A DNA stretch of 64,000 bases from an uncultured Candidatus Saccharibacteria bacterium (lineage in GTDB: Bacteria; Patescibacteriota; Minisyncoccia; Phycocordibacterales; DATDWN01). Position numbers and translations under genes: made by a program. Positions 48,616 through 57,875 of the stretch are shown here, piece after piece. Location: contig CAZQYV010000003.1 in assembly GCA_964597675.1 (NCBI GenBank), positions 12,338 through 76,337 of the forward strand. The letters are read 5' to 3'. Numbering within the stretch: position 1 is the stretch's first letter; every line of letters begins with the position of its first letter. The notes beneath the pieces are model-generated. The model was not told the origin of the DNA, made no database searches, and saw only the letters and a list, made by a program, of their open reading frames with translations.

Positions 48616-49818
48616 ATGACAAACACACATCTATATGACTCCCCCGATCTGACACACAACACGTACACCATTGATCGAGGAGAAGAAAATAAACTCGTAG
48701 AAAGTCTCGATACGCGAACCGATGCTGAAGCGGGGCGCATCAAACGGTATCTCGACATGGCAGATCTCTCCCGAACAAAAGACAGTCCCCTGTCTGAAGT
48801 CATTAGCCGTGTCAAACAACTTCCAACATTTAAGCAGTTCGATGAAATCGCAATACCTGAAATAGTCCCAGCAAAAGAAAGTTTTGATTTATTCAACTTC
48901 CCACCAGAACACCCCGCACGAAGCAAGAGTGACACGTACTACGTTGATGAAGAAAATATTCTTCGTACACACACAACAGTCATGTGGTATTACTATTTCA
49001 ACCAAGGTGATGTACAAGAAAAAATAAAAGCCCACAAAACACTTGGTGTAATCTGCCACGGCAAGGTTTACCGAAAAGACGAAATTGACCGCCGACATAT
49101 GAATATCTTTCATCAAATTGACGGCCTCTACCTCTGCCCAAAGACAGAACACGAGATTACACAAAATGATTTGAAAGATGTTTTGATTGAAGTTGCTCAA
49201 GGGGTGTTTGGTGACAAGATTGCCTACCGATTCAACCCAGACACATTTCCCTACACGTACGAAAGTTTAGAAATGGAAGTGGATAAGAATAGTTTGAACA
49301 CTGAAAAAAATACAGAGGAATGGGTAGAAGTGTTGGGTGCTGGCATTGTCCAACCAAATGTGTTGGAAAAACTAGGCGTCGATAGTACTGCCTACAACGG
49401 CTGGGCCTTTGGATTCGGCCTCGAACGACTTGCAATTATTAGTATGGAGCTGCCTGATATTCGACTACTCTGGTCAAATGATGCTCGCGTCAAAAAACAA
49501 CTCCAACTTGGTCATACCTTTGTCGAAGTCAGCAAGTTTCCACCGATCGTCCGAGATATCTCGTTTATTGTCGGCAATGATTTTATTCCGAATAATTATT
49601 TCGATACCGTCCGCGATATCATCGGCGACTTGGCAGAAGAGGTTCAACTACTCGATCGATATGAAAATGCGGACAAATTTGGCGCTGGCAAGGTAAGTTA
49701 TGCATATCGTATCACCTATCGCTCTCTCGACCGAACACTGACCGACACAGAAATCAACGACCTCCACAAAAAACTAGAACAAACCACAGTCAGTCTCTAC
49801 GACGCAACGATACGCTAA
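48616..49818 (+). CDS. pheS: Single-chain (mitochondrial-type) phenylalanyl-tRNA synthetase: PheS catalytic core plus C-terminal FDX-ACB anticodon-binding domain
   Basis: Class II motifs (..FNFPPEHPARS.., ..FPYTYESLEMEV.., ..GWAFGFGLERLAII..). About 100-aa C-terminal extension matching the FDX-ACB domain (SKFPPIVRDISFIV...LLDRYEN..GKVSYAYRITYRSLDRTLTDTEIN). Start moved to ATG 48616; the upstream in-frame stretch is AT-rich promoter-like (TTGACA at 48513). Confidence 0.8.
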   Translation: MTNTHLYDSPDLTHNTYTIDRGEENKLVESLDTRTDAEAGRIKRYLDMADLSRTKDSPLSEVISRVKQLPTFKQFDEIAIPEIVPAKESFDLFNFPPEHPARSKSDTYYVDEENILRTHTTVMWYYYFNQGDVQEKIKAHKTLGVICHGKVYRKDEIDRRHMNIFHQIDGLYLCPKTEHEITQNDLKDVLIEVAQGVFGDKIAYRFNPDTFPYTYESLEMEVDKNSLNTEKNTEEWVEVLGAGIVQPNVLEKLGVDSTAYNGWAFGFGLERLAIISMELPDIRLLWSNDARVKKQLQLGHTFVEVSKFPPIVRDISFIVGNDFIPNNYFDTVRDIIGDLAEEVQLLDRYENADKFGAGKVSYAYRITYRSLDRTLTDTEINDLHKKLEQTTVSLYDATIR

Positions 49819-49882
49819 AGAGGTTTCTTGACCTTGAAAAGAGGCTGAAAAAGAGGTATAGTGTGAAAACAAACCATATTGT

Positions 49883-51124
49883 ATGACCGAGTTTACTAAT
49901 TCAATAGTATACGTTTTTCTCTTTCTCTCACTTTATTTTGAGGTTTTTTTGCTTATCACCTACCTAGAAAAGAGAGGTGATATTCGTGATGAAACTTTTA
50001 GACTAAAGCAAGGTGTGAAGAAATACCCTACAGTGACTATTATGGTCCCTTGTTGGAACGAGGAAAAAACGATCTCAAAAACAATTAATTCCCTTCTCAA
50101 TCTCGACTACCCAAAAGACAAACTAAAAATAATGATTATTGATGACGGGTCAACTGATAGCACATGGAATGTAGCCAAAAAATTTGAGAATAAAAAACAG
50201 ATCGAAATGTACCAAAAAGAAAATGGTGGCAAACACACCGCCCTCAATTTTGGACTTTCAAAAATAACGAGTGACCTTGTTGGATGCCTCGATGCTGATT
50301 CATACGTCGACAAGGATGCACTGAAAAATATTGCTGTATATTTTGAGGACAAGGCAACCATGGCGGTTACACCATCAGTAAAAATTTGGCAACCAAAAAC
50401 AATCATTCAACTGATCCAAAAGGTTGAATATAGTTGGGGTATTCTCATCCGAAAAATGTTTTCATACCTCGGAGCACTGTACGTAACACCAGGACCATTT
50501 TCTATTTTTCGAAGAGAGGTTTTTGTCGAGCTTGGTGGATATCGTCATGCACATCAAACAGAAGACATGGAGCTCGCTGTCCGTATGCAATCAAACCACT
50601 ACAAAATCACCAACGCACATGATGCTGTGGTATACACTGTCGCCCCAGAGTCAGTCCGAAAACTTTATAAACAGAGACTACGCTGGACTTATGGTTTTAT
50701 AAAAAATGTAATCGATTACAAGCACATGTTCTTTCGTCGTGAATATGGAAATCTAGGTATTTTTATCCTACCTATGGCCAGTCTATCAATCGTATCTGCA
50801 ATATATCTGCTTGGAATATCTATAGTCAGTTTTATCGGTGCATCTATCACTAAATTAGTCAAAATAAAAACGGTTGGCATTAGTTGGACCGGATTTAGTT
50901 TCGATTGGTTTTATGTAAATACCGAGGTAATTGCCATTGCCTCTACAGTTGCATTTCTAGGTACATTGATTATTATGCTCATATCGCGCAAAATGGCCTA
51001 TGGCAAGGCACGAGTTGGTATTGATATGATTTACTTTCTAACCCTCTACGCCTTAATAGCGCCAATCTGGATGGCAAAGGCGGTCTATAATACGCTGTTT
51101 TCGATCAAAACAAAATGGCGTTAA
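49883..51124 (+). CDS. Family-2 glycosyltransferase, processive membrane type (NodC/IcaA/chitin-synthase-like)
   Basis: 413 aa; DDGSTD, DAD, QRLRWTYG (QxxRW) motifs; N- and C-terminal TM segments. Confidence 0.8.
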   Translation: MTEFTNSIVYVFLFLSLYFEVFLLITYLEKRGDIRDETFRLKQGVKKYPTVTIMVPCWNEEKTISKTINSLLNLDYPKDKLKIMIIDDGSTDSTWNVAKKFENKKQIEMYQKENGGKHTALNFGLSKITSDLVGCLDADSYVDKDALKNIAVYFEDKATMAVTPSVKIWQPKTIIQLIQKVEYSWGILIRKMFSYLGALYVTPGPFSIFRREVFVELGGYRHAHQTEDMELAVRMQSNHYKITNAHDAVVYTVAPESVRKLYKQRLRWTYGFIKNVIDYKHMFFRREYGNLGIFILPMASLSIVSAIYLLGISIVSFIGASITKLVKIKTVGISWTGFSFDWFYVNTEVIAIASTVAFLGTLIIMLISRKMAYGKARVGIDMIYFLTLYALIAPIWMAKAVYNTLFSIKTKWR

Positions 51125-51166
51125 GATAGTTTTACACTTTGATATTTGCATTTTTAATTTAATAAC

Positions 51167-51862
51167 ATGGAACATCACGAAATAAATTGGAGAAAATACA
51201 TATTCACACTTATTATTACAGTGGTTATATTTGCAACAGCAATATATTTAAGTAACTATTTTGGTCAGAAAAAGATAGAGGAAATTAGAAGTATCCAAGA
51301 CAAAATAGCAGTTGATATTCTTTCATCAGAAACACAGTTTTCACTTCTCGAGGAATCATCATGTACAGATATTGGTGGCTCTAGTGCACTTTCAAAGGAA
51401 TTGAGTACGCTCGAAGAGAAACTTTCATATACAGAACGAGATCGTGGTAGTGATGATCCAGAGGTACTTTCTATCAAACGATACTACTCACTCCTCCAAA
51501 TAAAGGATTACCTGCTTATGAATAAGATTGGCGAAAAGTGTGGCAAAAAACCCATCTCGGTTATCTATTTCTATTCAAACAGTGGTGACTGTGCGGACTG
51601 TGAAAAAGAGGGTTATGTGCTAACAAAATTACGAGAGGACTATCCTGAACTTCGTATATATGCTTTTGACTACAACCTTGATCTTTCTGCGGTAAAAACC
51701 CTGATCGCAATCAATAAAGTACAAAACAAACTACCAGCACTCTATATCAAGGGTTCTGTACGATATGGTTTCCAAAGTGTTGAGGACATAAACAAAATAC
51801 TCCCCGAACTTGCCAAGATGAAACTGGAAGCAGAGAAGATGGCTAGTACTACAAAGAGATAA
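51167..51862 (+). CDS. Membrane-anchored thioredoxin-like protein (CxxC), hypothetical
   Basis: 231 aa; N-terminal TM, coiled-coil, then ..VIYFYSNSGDCADCEKEG.. thioredoxin-fold-like CxxC; co-operonic with the GT2 gene. Confidence 0.45.
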   Translation: MEHHEINWRKYIFTLIITVVIFATAIYLSNYFGQKKIEEIRSIQDKIAVDILSSETQFSLLEESSCTDIGGSSALSKELSTLEEKLSYTERDRGSDDPEVLSIKRYYSLLQIKDYLLMNKIGEKCGKKPISVIYFYSNSGDCADCEKEGYVLTKLREDYPELRIYAFDYNLDLSAVKTLIAINKVQNKLPALYIKGSVRYGFQSVEDINKILPELAKMKLEAEKMASTTKR

Positions 51863-51894
51863 AATTAACATGCTCAATTGGTTAGCAAAAAATC

Positions 51895-51919
51895 CCTTAC
51901 GGGATTTTTTTGAGCTTCC
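51895..51919. terminator. Bidirectional terminator
   Basis: AAAAAATCCCTTACGGGATTTTTTT. Confidence 0.85.
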
Positions 51920-52040
51920 TTACAGGAACAGTACACCTTTTGCATTTTTTGTTTTGCTGACTCACAAAAATTCTCAAAAGGTTTTACGGTTGGGTCCCAC
52001 CCCAACCTCACCTCTCAGACTGCGTCTGACAGTTGGCTAA

Positions 52041-52061
52041 CAAAAAACGCCTTTCGGCGTC
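52041..52061 (-). terminator. Terminator after tRNA-Thr
   Basis: Minus strand: GACGCC-gaaa-GGCGTTTTTTG immediately 3' of the tRNA. Confidence 0.7.
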
Positions 52062-52069
52062 TTCTTCTG

Positions 52070-52142
52070 AGCCACCTGTCAGACTCGAACTGACCCGCTC
52101 CCGTTTACAAAACGGGTGCTCTACCAGATGAGCTAAGGTGGC
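52070..52142 (-). tRNA. tRNA-Thr (anticodon UGU)
   Basis: 73 nt cloverleaf folded by hand. Acceptor GCCACCT/AGGTGGC. D-arm GCTC-ATCTGGTA-GAGC. Anticodon stem CCCGT/ACGGG with loop TT-TGT-AA. T-arm GTCAG-TTCGAGT-CTGAC. Discriminator U; CCA not encoded. Confidence 0.85.
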
Positions 52143-52208
52143 CTGGTACTAACGAAAATTCCTTTACAGGAACTTTCTTAATCTATCATTTTATATAACT
52201 TTTTTCAA

Positions 52209-52589
52209 CTATGCTGTATGATCCGAAGTACCACTTTTGTCATCAGTAATGTGCTGTAGAAATGTCGAGACAGAGCCAGTGTTGCGCAAGATACGACGCC
52301 CACGAAACTGGTCCCCTGCGAGGTAGTACTTTCGTGCTACGTAATCCTTGAGTTTCACTAAAATCTCATACATGTATGAGGGGAGAAAATCGAACATAAA
52401 TAAATGTGCGATTTTTTTATATCGATTGTACTTGAAAATAAGAGTTTCGATCCATCCATGAATCACTGCATCCCCTTTTGCCGACAAAGACGCGACCAAT
52501 GCAATGCGTCGCACCTTGATCTCAAAAACCTTGGCTGCAATCATAACGGACATCACCAATAGAGATACCCAAAATAATATAAATGTCAT
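52209..52589 (-). CDS. Hypothetical membrane protein downstream of tsf
   Basis: 126 aa; N-terminal TM; occupies the slot after rpsB-tsf; no motif. Confidence 0.4.
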   Translation of the reverse strand: MTFILFWVSLLVMSVMIAAKVFEIKVRRIALVASLSAKGDAVIHGWIETLIFKYNRYKKIAHLFMFDFLPSYMYEILVKLKDYVARKYYLAGDQFRGRRILRNTGSVSTFLQHITDDKSGTSDHTA

Positions 52590-52600
52590 AGAGATAAAAT

Positions 52601-53188
52601 TTATTGAGAAACAGTGTATCTCGCGAATCGTGAGAGTTCAGTTTTTTCACCAAATTTTTGAATTGCAGCAGTAATCAAATCTTTGATCCGGAGATCTGGA
52701 TTTTTAATAAATGCTTGCTCGAGCAAAACTCGCTCACTCCAATATGCAGCAAGTTTACCCTCGAGAATTTTTGCTTTCATATCCTCCGGCTTACCTTCGA
52801 CTTCTTTTGCAAACATCTCATGTGCCAAAGCCATTGCATGTTCATCTATATCTTCCATTTTTAGAAATTGTGGATTTGTTGCACATGCATGCATTGCTAT
52901 GTCTCGCGCAAGAGTCAAAAATTCCTCATTATTAGCCACGAAATCAGTCTCGCAGAGGAGCTCTACCATGCATCCTGCACGATGTGTTGAATGAATATAT
53001 GCACCAACAACGCCAGATCCTAAAGTACGATCATTTTTCTTTATAGCAATTTCCGCACTTTTCTTTTGGAGCAAAACGATGGCCTTTTCCATATCGCCAC
53101 TAGTTTCTTCCAGTGCTTTTTTGCATTGCATGACTGAAATACCAGTCTTATCGCGTAATTGTTTAACTATTTCTGTTGTGATTTCCAT
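52601..53188 (-). CDS. tsf: Elongation factor Ts
   Basis: UBA-like N-terminal region ..ITTEIVKQLRDKTGISVMQCKKALEETSGDMEKAI..; start placed at MEITTE (53188); ORF extends 13 codons further upstream. Confidence 0.88.
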   Translation of the reverse strand: MEITTEIVKQLRDKTGISVMQCKKALEETSGDMEKAIVLLQKKSAEIAIKKNDRTLGSGVVGAYIHSTHRAGCMVELLCETDFVANNEEFLTLARDIAMHACATNPQFLKMEDIDEHAMALAHEMFAKEVEGKPEDMKAKILEGKLAAYWSERVLLEQAFIKNPDLRIKDLITAAIQKFGEKTELSRFARYTVSQ

Positions 53189-53298
53189 TCGAGAGAGGGC
53201 AGGCGGTGAAATATCCACTGTCTGCATATATTAATTATTTGTAATAACTCGACACATACGACGTACCCCGTTGTTCACGAGCAACCGATGTAACGGGA

Positions 53299-54042
53299 TT
53301 ATTTTTTAAGTGTACCAACTTTGTATGCCTCTGCAACTTGCTTGAGGAAAAATTCAATGCTTGCTTTTGATGCGTCATTTCCTGGGATAGGATACTCGAC
53401 ATCATTGAGATTATTATCAGAGCCACATAGAGCAATAACAGGAATGCCTATTTTGTGTGCCTCCAATACAGCAATTGATTCTCGTTTTGCGTCAACAACA
53501 AACAATGCCTGAGGTAAATGCTTCATGACACTTAAGCCAAAGAAGAACCTCTTTAGTGTATCAATTTCTCGATCAATGAGCAAACGCTCTTTCTTTGTAT
53601 ATTTTACCAATTCACCTTTTTCTTTCTGAGATGTTAGCATTTCGAATTTCTCTACTCGCTTTCGGATTTCTGGGAAGTTAGTCAAGGTACCACCGATAAA
53701 TCGGCCAGCAACGTATGGCATGTTTATACTACCCGCAACAGATGTCACCGCATCGATCGCCTCATTTTTACCACCAACAAAGAGAATTGTTGCCTTTTTG
53801 TCAGCAAGTGATCTAACGAAATCTAGTGCTACAGCAAGTTTTTCTTCTGTCTTTTCAAGATCAAAAATCTCGATTTTGTTTTTAATACCGAAAATAAAAG
53901 GTTTTGTAGACGGATGTCGTCGTGATTTCACAAAACCAAAATGCGCACCTACTGAAAAGAGTGCGTCAACCAAAGAGTTTATTGTTTTTTCTGTTTTTTC
54001 CATATACCCGAGTAGTCTAGCAAATTCGACCCGATATTGCAA
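53299..54042 (-). CDS. rpsB: 30S ribosomal protein S2
   Basis: 247 aa; ..GAHFGFVKSRRHPSTKPFIFG.. and S2 C-terminal region; rpsB-tsf order conserved. Confidence 0.92.
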   Translation of the reverse strand: MQYRVEFARLLGYMEKTEKTINSLVDALFSVGAHFGFVKSRRHPSTKPFIFGIKNKIEIFDLEKTEEKLAVALDFVRSLADKKATILFVGGKNEAIDAVTSVAGSINMPYVAGRFIGGTLTNFPEIRKRVEKFEMLTSQKEKGELVKYTKKERLLIDREIDTLKRFFFGLSVMKHLPQALFVVDAKRESIAVLEAHKIGIPVIALCGSDNNLNDVEYPIPGNDASKASIEFFLKQVAEAYKVGTLKK

Positions 54043-54071
54043 CCTTTCAGAGTGGTGCAGTGGGAGTAATT

Positions 54072-54166
54072 ACATCTCTTTTTCGGCATACCTTTTTAGG
54101 GACACGCGGTTCGTCTTGCTAGCCGACCGCTCAATCTCCCACCGTCGTGGTCCGAAGTTCCCTAAA
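54072..54166. repeat. GC-rich long-hairpin intergenic element, family A, copy 2 (about 40 nt upstream of rpsB)
   Basis: GGCATACCTTTTTAGGGACACGCGGTTCGTCTTGCTAGCCGACCGCTCAATCTCCCACCGTCGTGGTCCGAAGTTCCCTAAAAAGGTATTGCC; outer about 18-bp inverted repeat. Confidence 0.75.
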
Positions 54167-54191
54167 AAGGTATTGCCTCAACAAGATGTAA

Positions 54192-55166
54192 TTACTCTTC
54201 ATCTGTACCGTCTGCAGGGGTGCCAGTATATGATGTCATTGATTCAATAATTGGGTCAATTTCGCCAGCCAATATTTTTTCTATGTTATGCCATGACTCC
54301 TTGATTCGGTGATCAGTAATACGGTCCTGTAATATGTTGTATGTGCGAATCTTCTCCGAGCGGTCTGCTGTGCCTATCTGACCTTTTCTGTCAGCAGAAT
54401 ATTTTGCATCTTCTTCGGTTTTTTTCTTTTCCTCGAGTTTAGCAATCAAAATACTCATGGCAGCTTCTTTGTTTTTGAGCTGTGACCTCTGGGCGGTCGA
54501 GCGTACGTCAATACCTGTTGGTTTATGAATGATGCGTACAGCCGTCTCCACTTTGTTCACATTTTGCCCACCGGCACCGCCAGATCGGGAAGTCTCTATT
54601 TCCAAGTCTGTTGGATTAATAACGATTGAGGTTTTCTTTCGAACCGGCAATATTGCGACAGATGCAGTAGATGTGTGCACTCGTCCCATTTTCTCTGTTG
54701 CAGGAATACGCTGAACACGATGAACGCCTGTTTCGTATCGTAATTTCTTGTAAACATCTCGCCCTCGTATTTCAAATGATGCTTCTTTGTATCCGCCAAC
54801 CGCACTCAAAGATTCATCAATCTTTGATACAGACCAGCTACTGTTTTCGGCATATTTAATATACATTTCAGCCAATTCCTGAGCAAAGAGTGACGCCTCT
54901 TCTCCTCCAGCGCCTGCACGTACCTCCAGGATAACTTCATTTGGAAATTCCTCCTCCTTTTCCTCTGCTGACAGAATATCAGTCATCTGGGCTAAAATTG
55001 CATCTTTTTGGAGTGTTATTGACTCCATTTCAGAAGATACCAAATCGGACATTGAAGGGTCTGCCTCCAGCATTTTTTTCACTTCAGATTCCTGAGTTTC
55101 AAGTTTTTTATATTCCCCCGCTAGAAAAGCGGTTTTAGGATTTTGTATAAATTTTTCTAGATCCAT
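54192..55166 (-). CDS. prfA: Peptide chain release factor 1 (PAT tripeptide motif)
   Basis: 324 aa; GGQ motif (..[18 protein letters not shown]..); codon-recognition tripeptide ..RIPATE.. (PxT = RF1 type, not SPF). Confidence 0.85.
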   Translation of the reverse strand: MDLEKFIQNPKTAFLAGEYKKLETQESEVKKMLEADPSMSDLVSSEMESITLQKDAILAQMTDILSAEEKEEEFPNEVILEVRAGAGGEEASLFAQELAEMYIKYAENSSWSVSKIDESLSAVGGYKEASFEIRGRDVYKKLRYETGVHRVQRIPATEKMGRVHTSTASVAILPVRKKTSIVINPTDLEIETSRSGGAGGQNVNKVETAVRIIHKPTGIDVRSTAQRSQLKNKEAAMSILIAKLEEKKKTEEDAKYSADRKGQIGTADRSEKIRTYNILQDRITDHRIKESWHNIEKILAGEIDPIIESMTSYTGTPADGTDEE

Positions 55167-55280
55167 GTTTTAAAGTGAAAATTAAAATATCAAAATTAAA
55201 AAATATAAATTATGACTAGATTTTAAGATTATCCGTTCTTAATTATTCTTTTGATTTTTGATATTTACATTTTAAATTAT

Positions 55281-55310
55281 AACAAAAATATGCAGCTTTC
55301 ACAGACTGCA
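55281..55310 (-). terminator. rpmE terminator
   Basis: Minus strand: ATGCAGTCTGTGAAAGCTGCAT followed by ATTTTTGTT. Confidence 0.6.
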
Positions 55311-55334
55311 TACTTTACGAAATAATTAAGTAGG

Positions 55335-55601
55335 TTACTTAGATACTTTTTTTGCCTTTGCTTGTCGTGCGCGGAATTTCTCTGCTCGTCCTGCGGCATC
55401 AAGAGATTTTTCATTTCCTGTATAGAAAGGATGTGAAGAACTTGAGATTTCAACGTGATATACAGGGTATTCTTTGTTATCTTTTTTTGATTTTGCAGTT
55501 TCTTTAGTTGCAACAGTTGATGAAATCAAAAATTCCTCGCCATTGGAGTTGTCGACAAATAGGACTGGTCTATAGTTTGCTGGATGTATATCTTTTTTCA
55601 T
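55335..55601 (-). CDS. rpmE: 50S ribosomal protein L31 (type B, non-zinc)
   Basis: 88 aa; MKKDIHP..Y..V..D......F..S..........YP.Y..E.SSSSHPFYTG pattern; no CxxC. Confidence 0.85.
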   Translation of the reverse strand: MKKDIHPANYRPVLFVDNSNGEEFLISSTVATKETAKSKKDNKEYPVYHVEISSSSHPFYTGNEKSLDAAGRAEKFRARQAKAKKVSK

Positions 55602-55778
55602 TGCTTGACTACTTTACCAAATTCTCCCACATTTTGCAAGATTAATTATTCGAGTTAAGAATCGGTGGATTTTTGTTCGAATTCAAGGCGCGAAAATTTT
55701 TTGCGACCAAAGTGTACATTTAGTACTCTGCGGGAGCAAAAAATTTAAGTAACGAAGAAGTCGGGCAAAAAGACCCGA

Positions 55779-57134
55779 TTATCTTCTGGAGACGCCGTTT
55801 TCTTTAAGATAGTCAATATCCGCCTGTATGCCGTCCTTCAACTTCAAAACACTCTTGCCATATGAACAACTTGTCCCGCCACTACCATAATACCGGCATG
55901 CTGCCTTTATTTCGCCACTGTATGTACCAGTACTTGCACCAAGGTCAGCAAGATACATAGAAGAAGCCATAAAGGCATCTTCTGGATTCCATGGGTTTGA
56001 ATCTCGCCCGAGTGTTTTTTTGAGACGATCTTCAAACAACTTCCATGTAGAAGCGATAAACTGTGCCGGGCCCATCGCCCCTCCATATCCACCTGCACTC
56101 GGTATTGGACACGACACCACGGTTTTGTATGGGTCAAATCCGAGACGAGTTGTAATATCTATAAAAGGTGTTACATCACGCGTTGCTTTCATAAGGTTAG
56201 ACCATACCTTTCCACTAGAAATATTAACACCTGCCCCCGTCTTGTCAGTCAAATAACACTTACCAACATTTGCACCCAAACTACTTTCTTGAGTCAAAAT
56301 TGCCAGTACAAATGCAGGAGAAACTCCCGTCTTTGCCGAAGCATTTTCTGCAAAAGCCAAAGCGGTACCAAAAGGAATTGCCGCACTACCTCCAGCGAGG
56401 TTAAAGAGTTTTGCTCTTATTTCAGCTGCTTTTTTCTGTCTGTCCGCAAGCACTTGCTCATATGACTTTTCTTGTGTTTTATTGACCTTTATCAGATACT
56501 GCTTTTCCTTTTCGTTTTTCTCAACCTGTTTTTTTTGTACCTCGATTGCCGCTTTTTGATCTGCTTCCTCATCTTTCTTCTGTGCAAGTGCTGCCTTTTC
56601 CTTTTCGGTCAAATCTCGTGTGGCACGGATTTGCGTAAAAAGTTCTTGCAGGTCACGCTTGATTGATTGAAACGAATCAACATCAGAGAAGAAATCCGAA
56701 ATGTTCTGAGTGCCAAGCATAACCTCGGGAAGAGAAAAGGCATCGATTTCATTTGTTTTACGTATCAGTTGAGCAAGGGACTCGTGACCTGTCTCGATCT
56801 GCTGTTCCAACTGGCCAATTCGTGTATTTTTACGTTCAATGTCGAGACCCAACTGAGCAATATTGATATTACGTTTTTTAATAAAGGCCTGTGCCTCTTT
56901 TATCTTTGCATTCAAAGTAGCCGCTTCTTTTTGAAGCGATGCAGTGCCCTGTTTTGTGGTGTTTAATATATCTTGCCACTTGGCAATATCTTTTTCTGTC
57001 TGTTCCAGTTCTGTACGCCAAATCGCTTCTTGTTCTTCTTTTGTAATACTGTAGGCAAGGGAAATCGGTATGAATATCAGAATAAACAACAATACACCGA
57101 TGTATCGTGCATATGCACGCGGAAAAAACATCAT
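55779..57134 (-). CDS. Coiled-coil protein with C-terminal lytic-transglycosylase (SLT/lysozyme-like) domain
   Basis: 451 aa; signal/TM, about 230 aa coiled coil, then ..AILTQESSLG.. (catalytic E-S) and ..GPAQFIASTW.. motifs of the SLT family. Confidence 0.65.
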   Translation of the reverse strand: MMFFPRAYARYIGVLLFILIFIPISLAYSITKEEQEAIWRTELEQTEKDIAKWQDILNTTKQGTASLQKEAATLNAKIKEAQAFIKKRNINIAQLGLDIERKNTRIGQLEQQIETGHESLAQLIRKTNEIDAFSLPEVMLGTQNISDFFSDVDSFQSIKRDLQELFTQIRATRDLTEKEKAALAQKKDEEADQKAAIEVQKKQVEKNEKEKQYLIKVNKTQEKSYEQVLADRQKKAAEIRAKLFNLAGGSAAIPFGTALAFAENASAKTGVSPAFVLAILTQESSLGANVGKCYLTDKTGAGVNISSGKVWSNLMKATRDVTPFIDITTRLGFDPYKTVVSCPIPSAGGYGGAMGPAQFIASTWKLFEDRLKKTLGRDSNPWNPEDAFMASSMYLADLGASTGTYSGEIKAACRYYGSGGTSCSYGKSVLKLKDGIQADIDYLKENGVSRR

Positions 57135-57156
57135 TACCCTATTCTATCATAAAACA

Positions 57157-57178
57157 CAAAAGCGGGCATGCCCGCTTT
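57157..57178. terminator. Bidirectional terminator
   Basis: AAAAGCGGGCATGCCCGCTTTT. Confidence 0.85.
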
Positions 57179-57203
57179 TGTGAATAGTATGTGAAATAAG
57201 AGA

Positions 57204-57836
57204 TTATGCCTCTGGTTCCTCTTCCTTTTTGCCTTTCTTTTCAACTTCAATTGCAGAAAGGTCAACAGGGGCTGCCACTTCTTCGACTTCTGCACGAGGT
57301 TCCTCGACAGCAGCCACTACTTCTTCGGCATTTTCCATAAGTGTTACACCTGTTGGAAGTACAATGTTGCCAGCCAAAATCTGATCATCAAATGTTGCAA
57401 GAGCAGAAATATCAACAGAAATTGAGTGAGGGATATTCTGGGGATCCGCAGAAACCTTTAACTCACGAAGGACTTTGAGCAAGTTACCACTCAAATCCTT
57501 GACCGCAAGAGAAACACCGACAAACTCCAAAGGCACAGACACTTCGAGTTTCTTTCCTTTTTCGAACACATAAAAATCTGCGTGAAATGGTGTGTCAGAA
57601 ATAGGATCCATTGCCACATCGTGTATCAATACATCTGTCTTGCCTTGTGGACCGACGAGGGTAACCACGCCAGACTCACCGGCCTCGCGCCAAACCTTGA
57701 TAAAATCTTTTTGAGAAATGGAAATCGGAGTTGATGCTGTTTTTTTGCCATACATAACAGCAGGCATAATGCCCTTTTTTCGTAGTGCATCAACTGTGTC
57801 CGAAGTATTTCGTGGTTGTGTATCTAACGTAATCAT
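57204..57836 (-). CDS. rplY: 50S ribosomal protein L25 / general stress protein Ctc
   Basis: 210 aa; L25 N-terminal beta-barrel pattern (..RKKGIMPAVMYGK..), acidic C-terminal tail. Confidence 0.85.
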   Translation of the reverse strand: MITLDTQPRNTSDTVDALRKKGIMPAVMYGKKTASTPISISQKDFIKVWREAGESGVVTLVGPQGKTDVLIHDVAMDPISDTPFHADFYVFEKGKKLEVSVPLEFVGVSLAVKDLSGNLLKVLRELKVSADPQNIPHSISVDISALATFDDQILAGNIVLPTGVTLMENAEEVVAAVEEPRAEVEEVAAPVDLSAIEVEKKGKKEEEPEA

Positions 57837-57875
57837 ATTGGCAGAGTATACAGGAGAAATAAAAAAATATCAACT

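Noticed and set aside
51863-52208. Integrase or prophage junction at tRNA-Thr
   Set aside because: No recombinase, phage or transposase ORF lies within several kb. Only the short flanking direct repeats were kept, as a finding.
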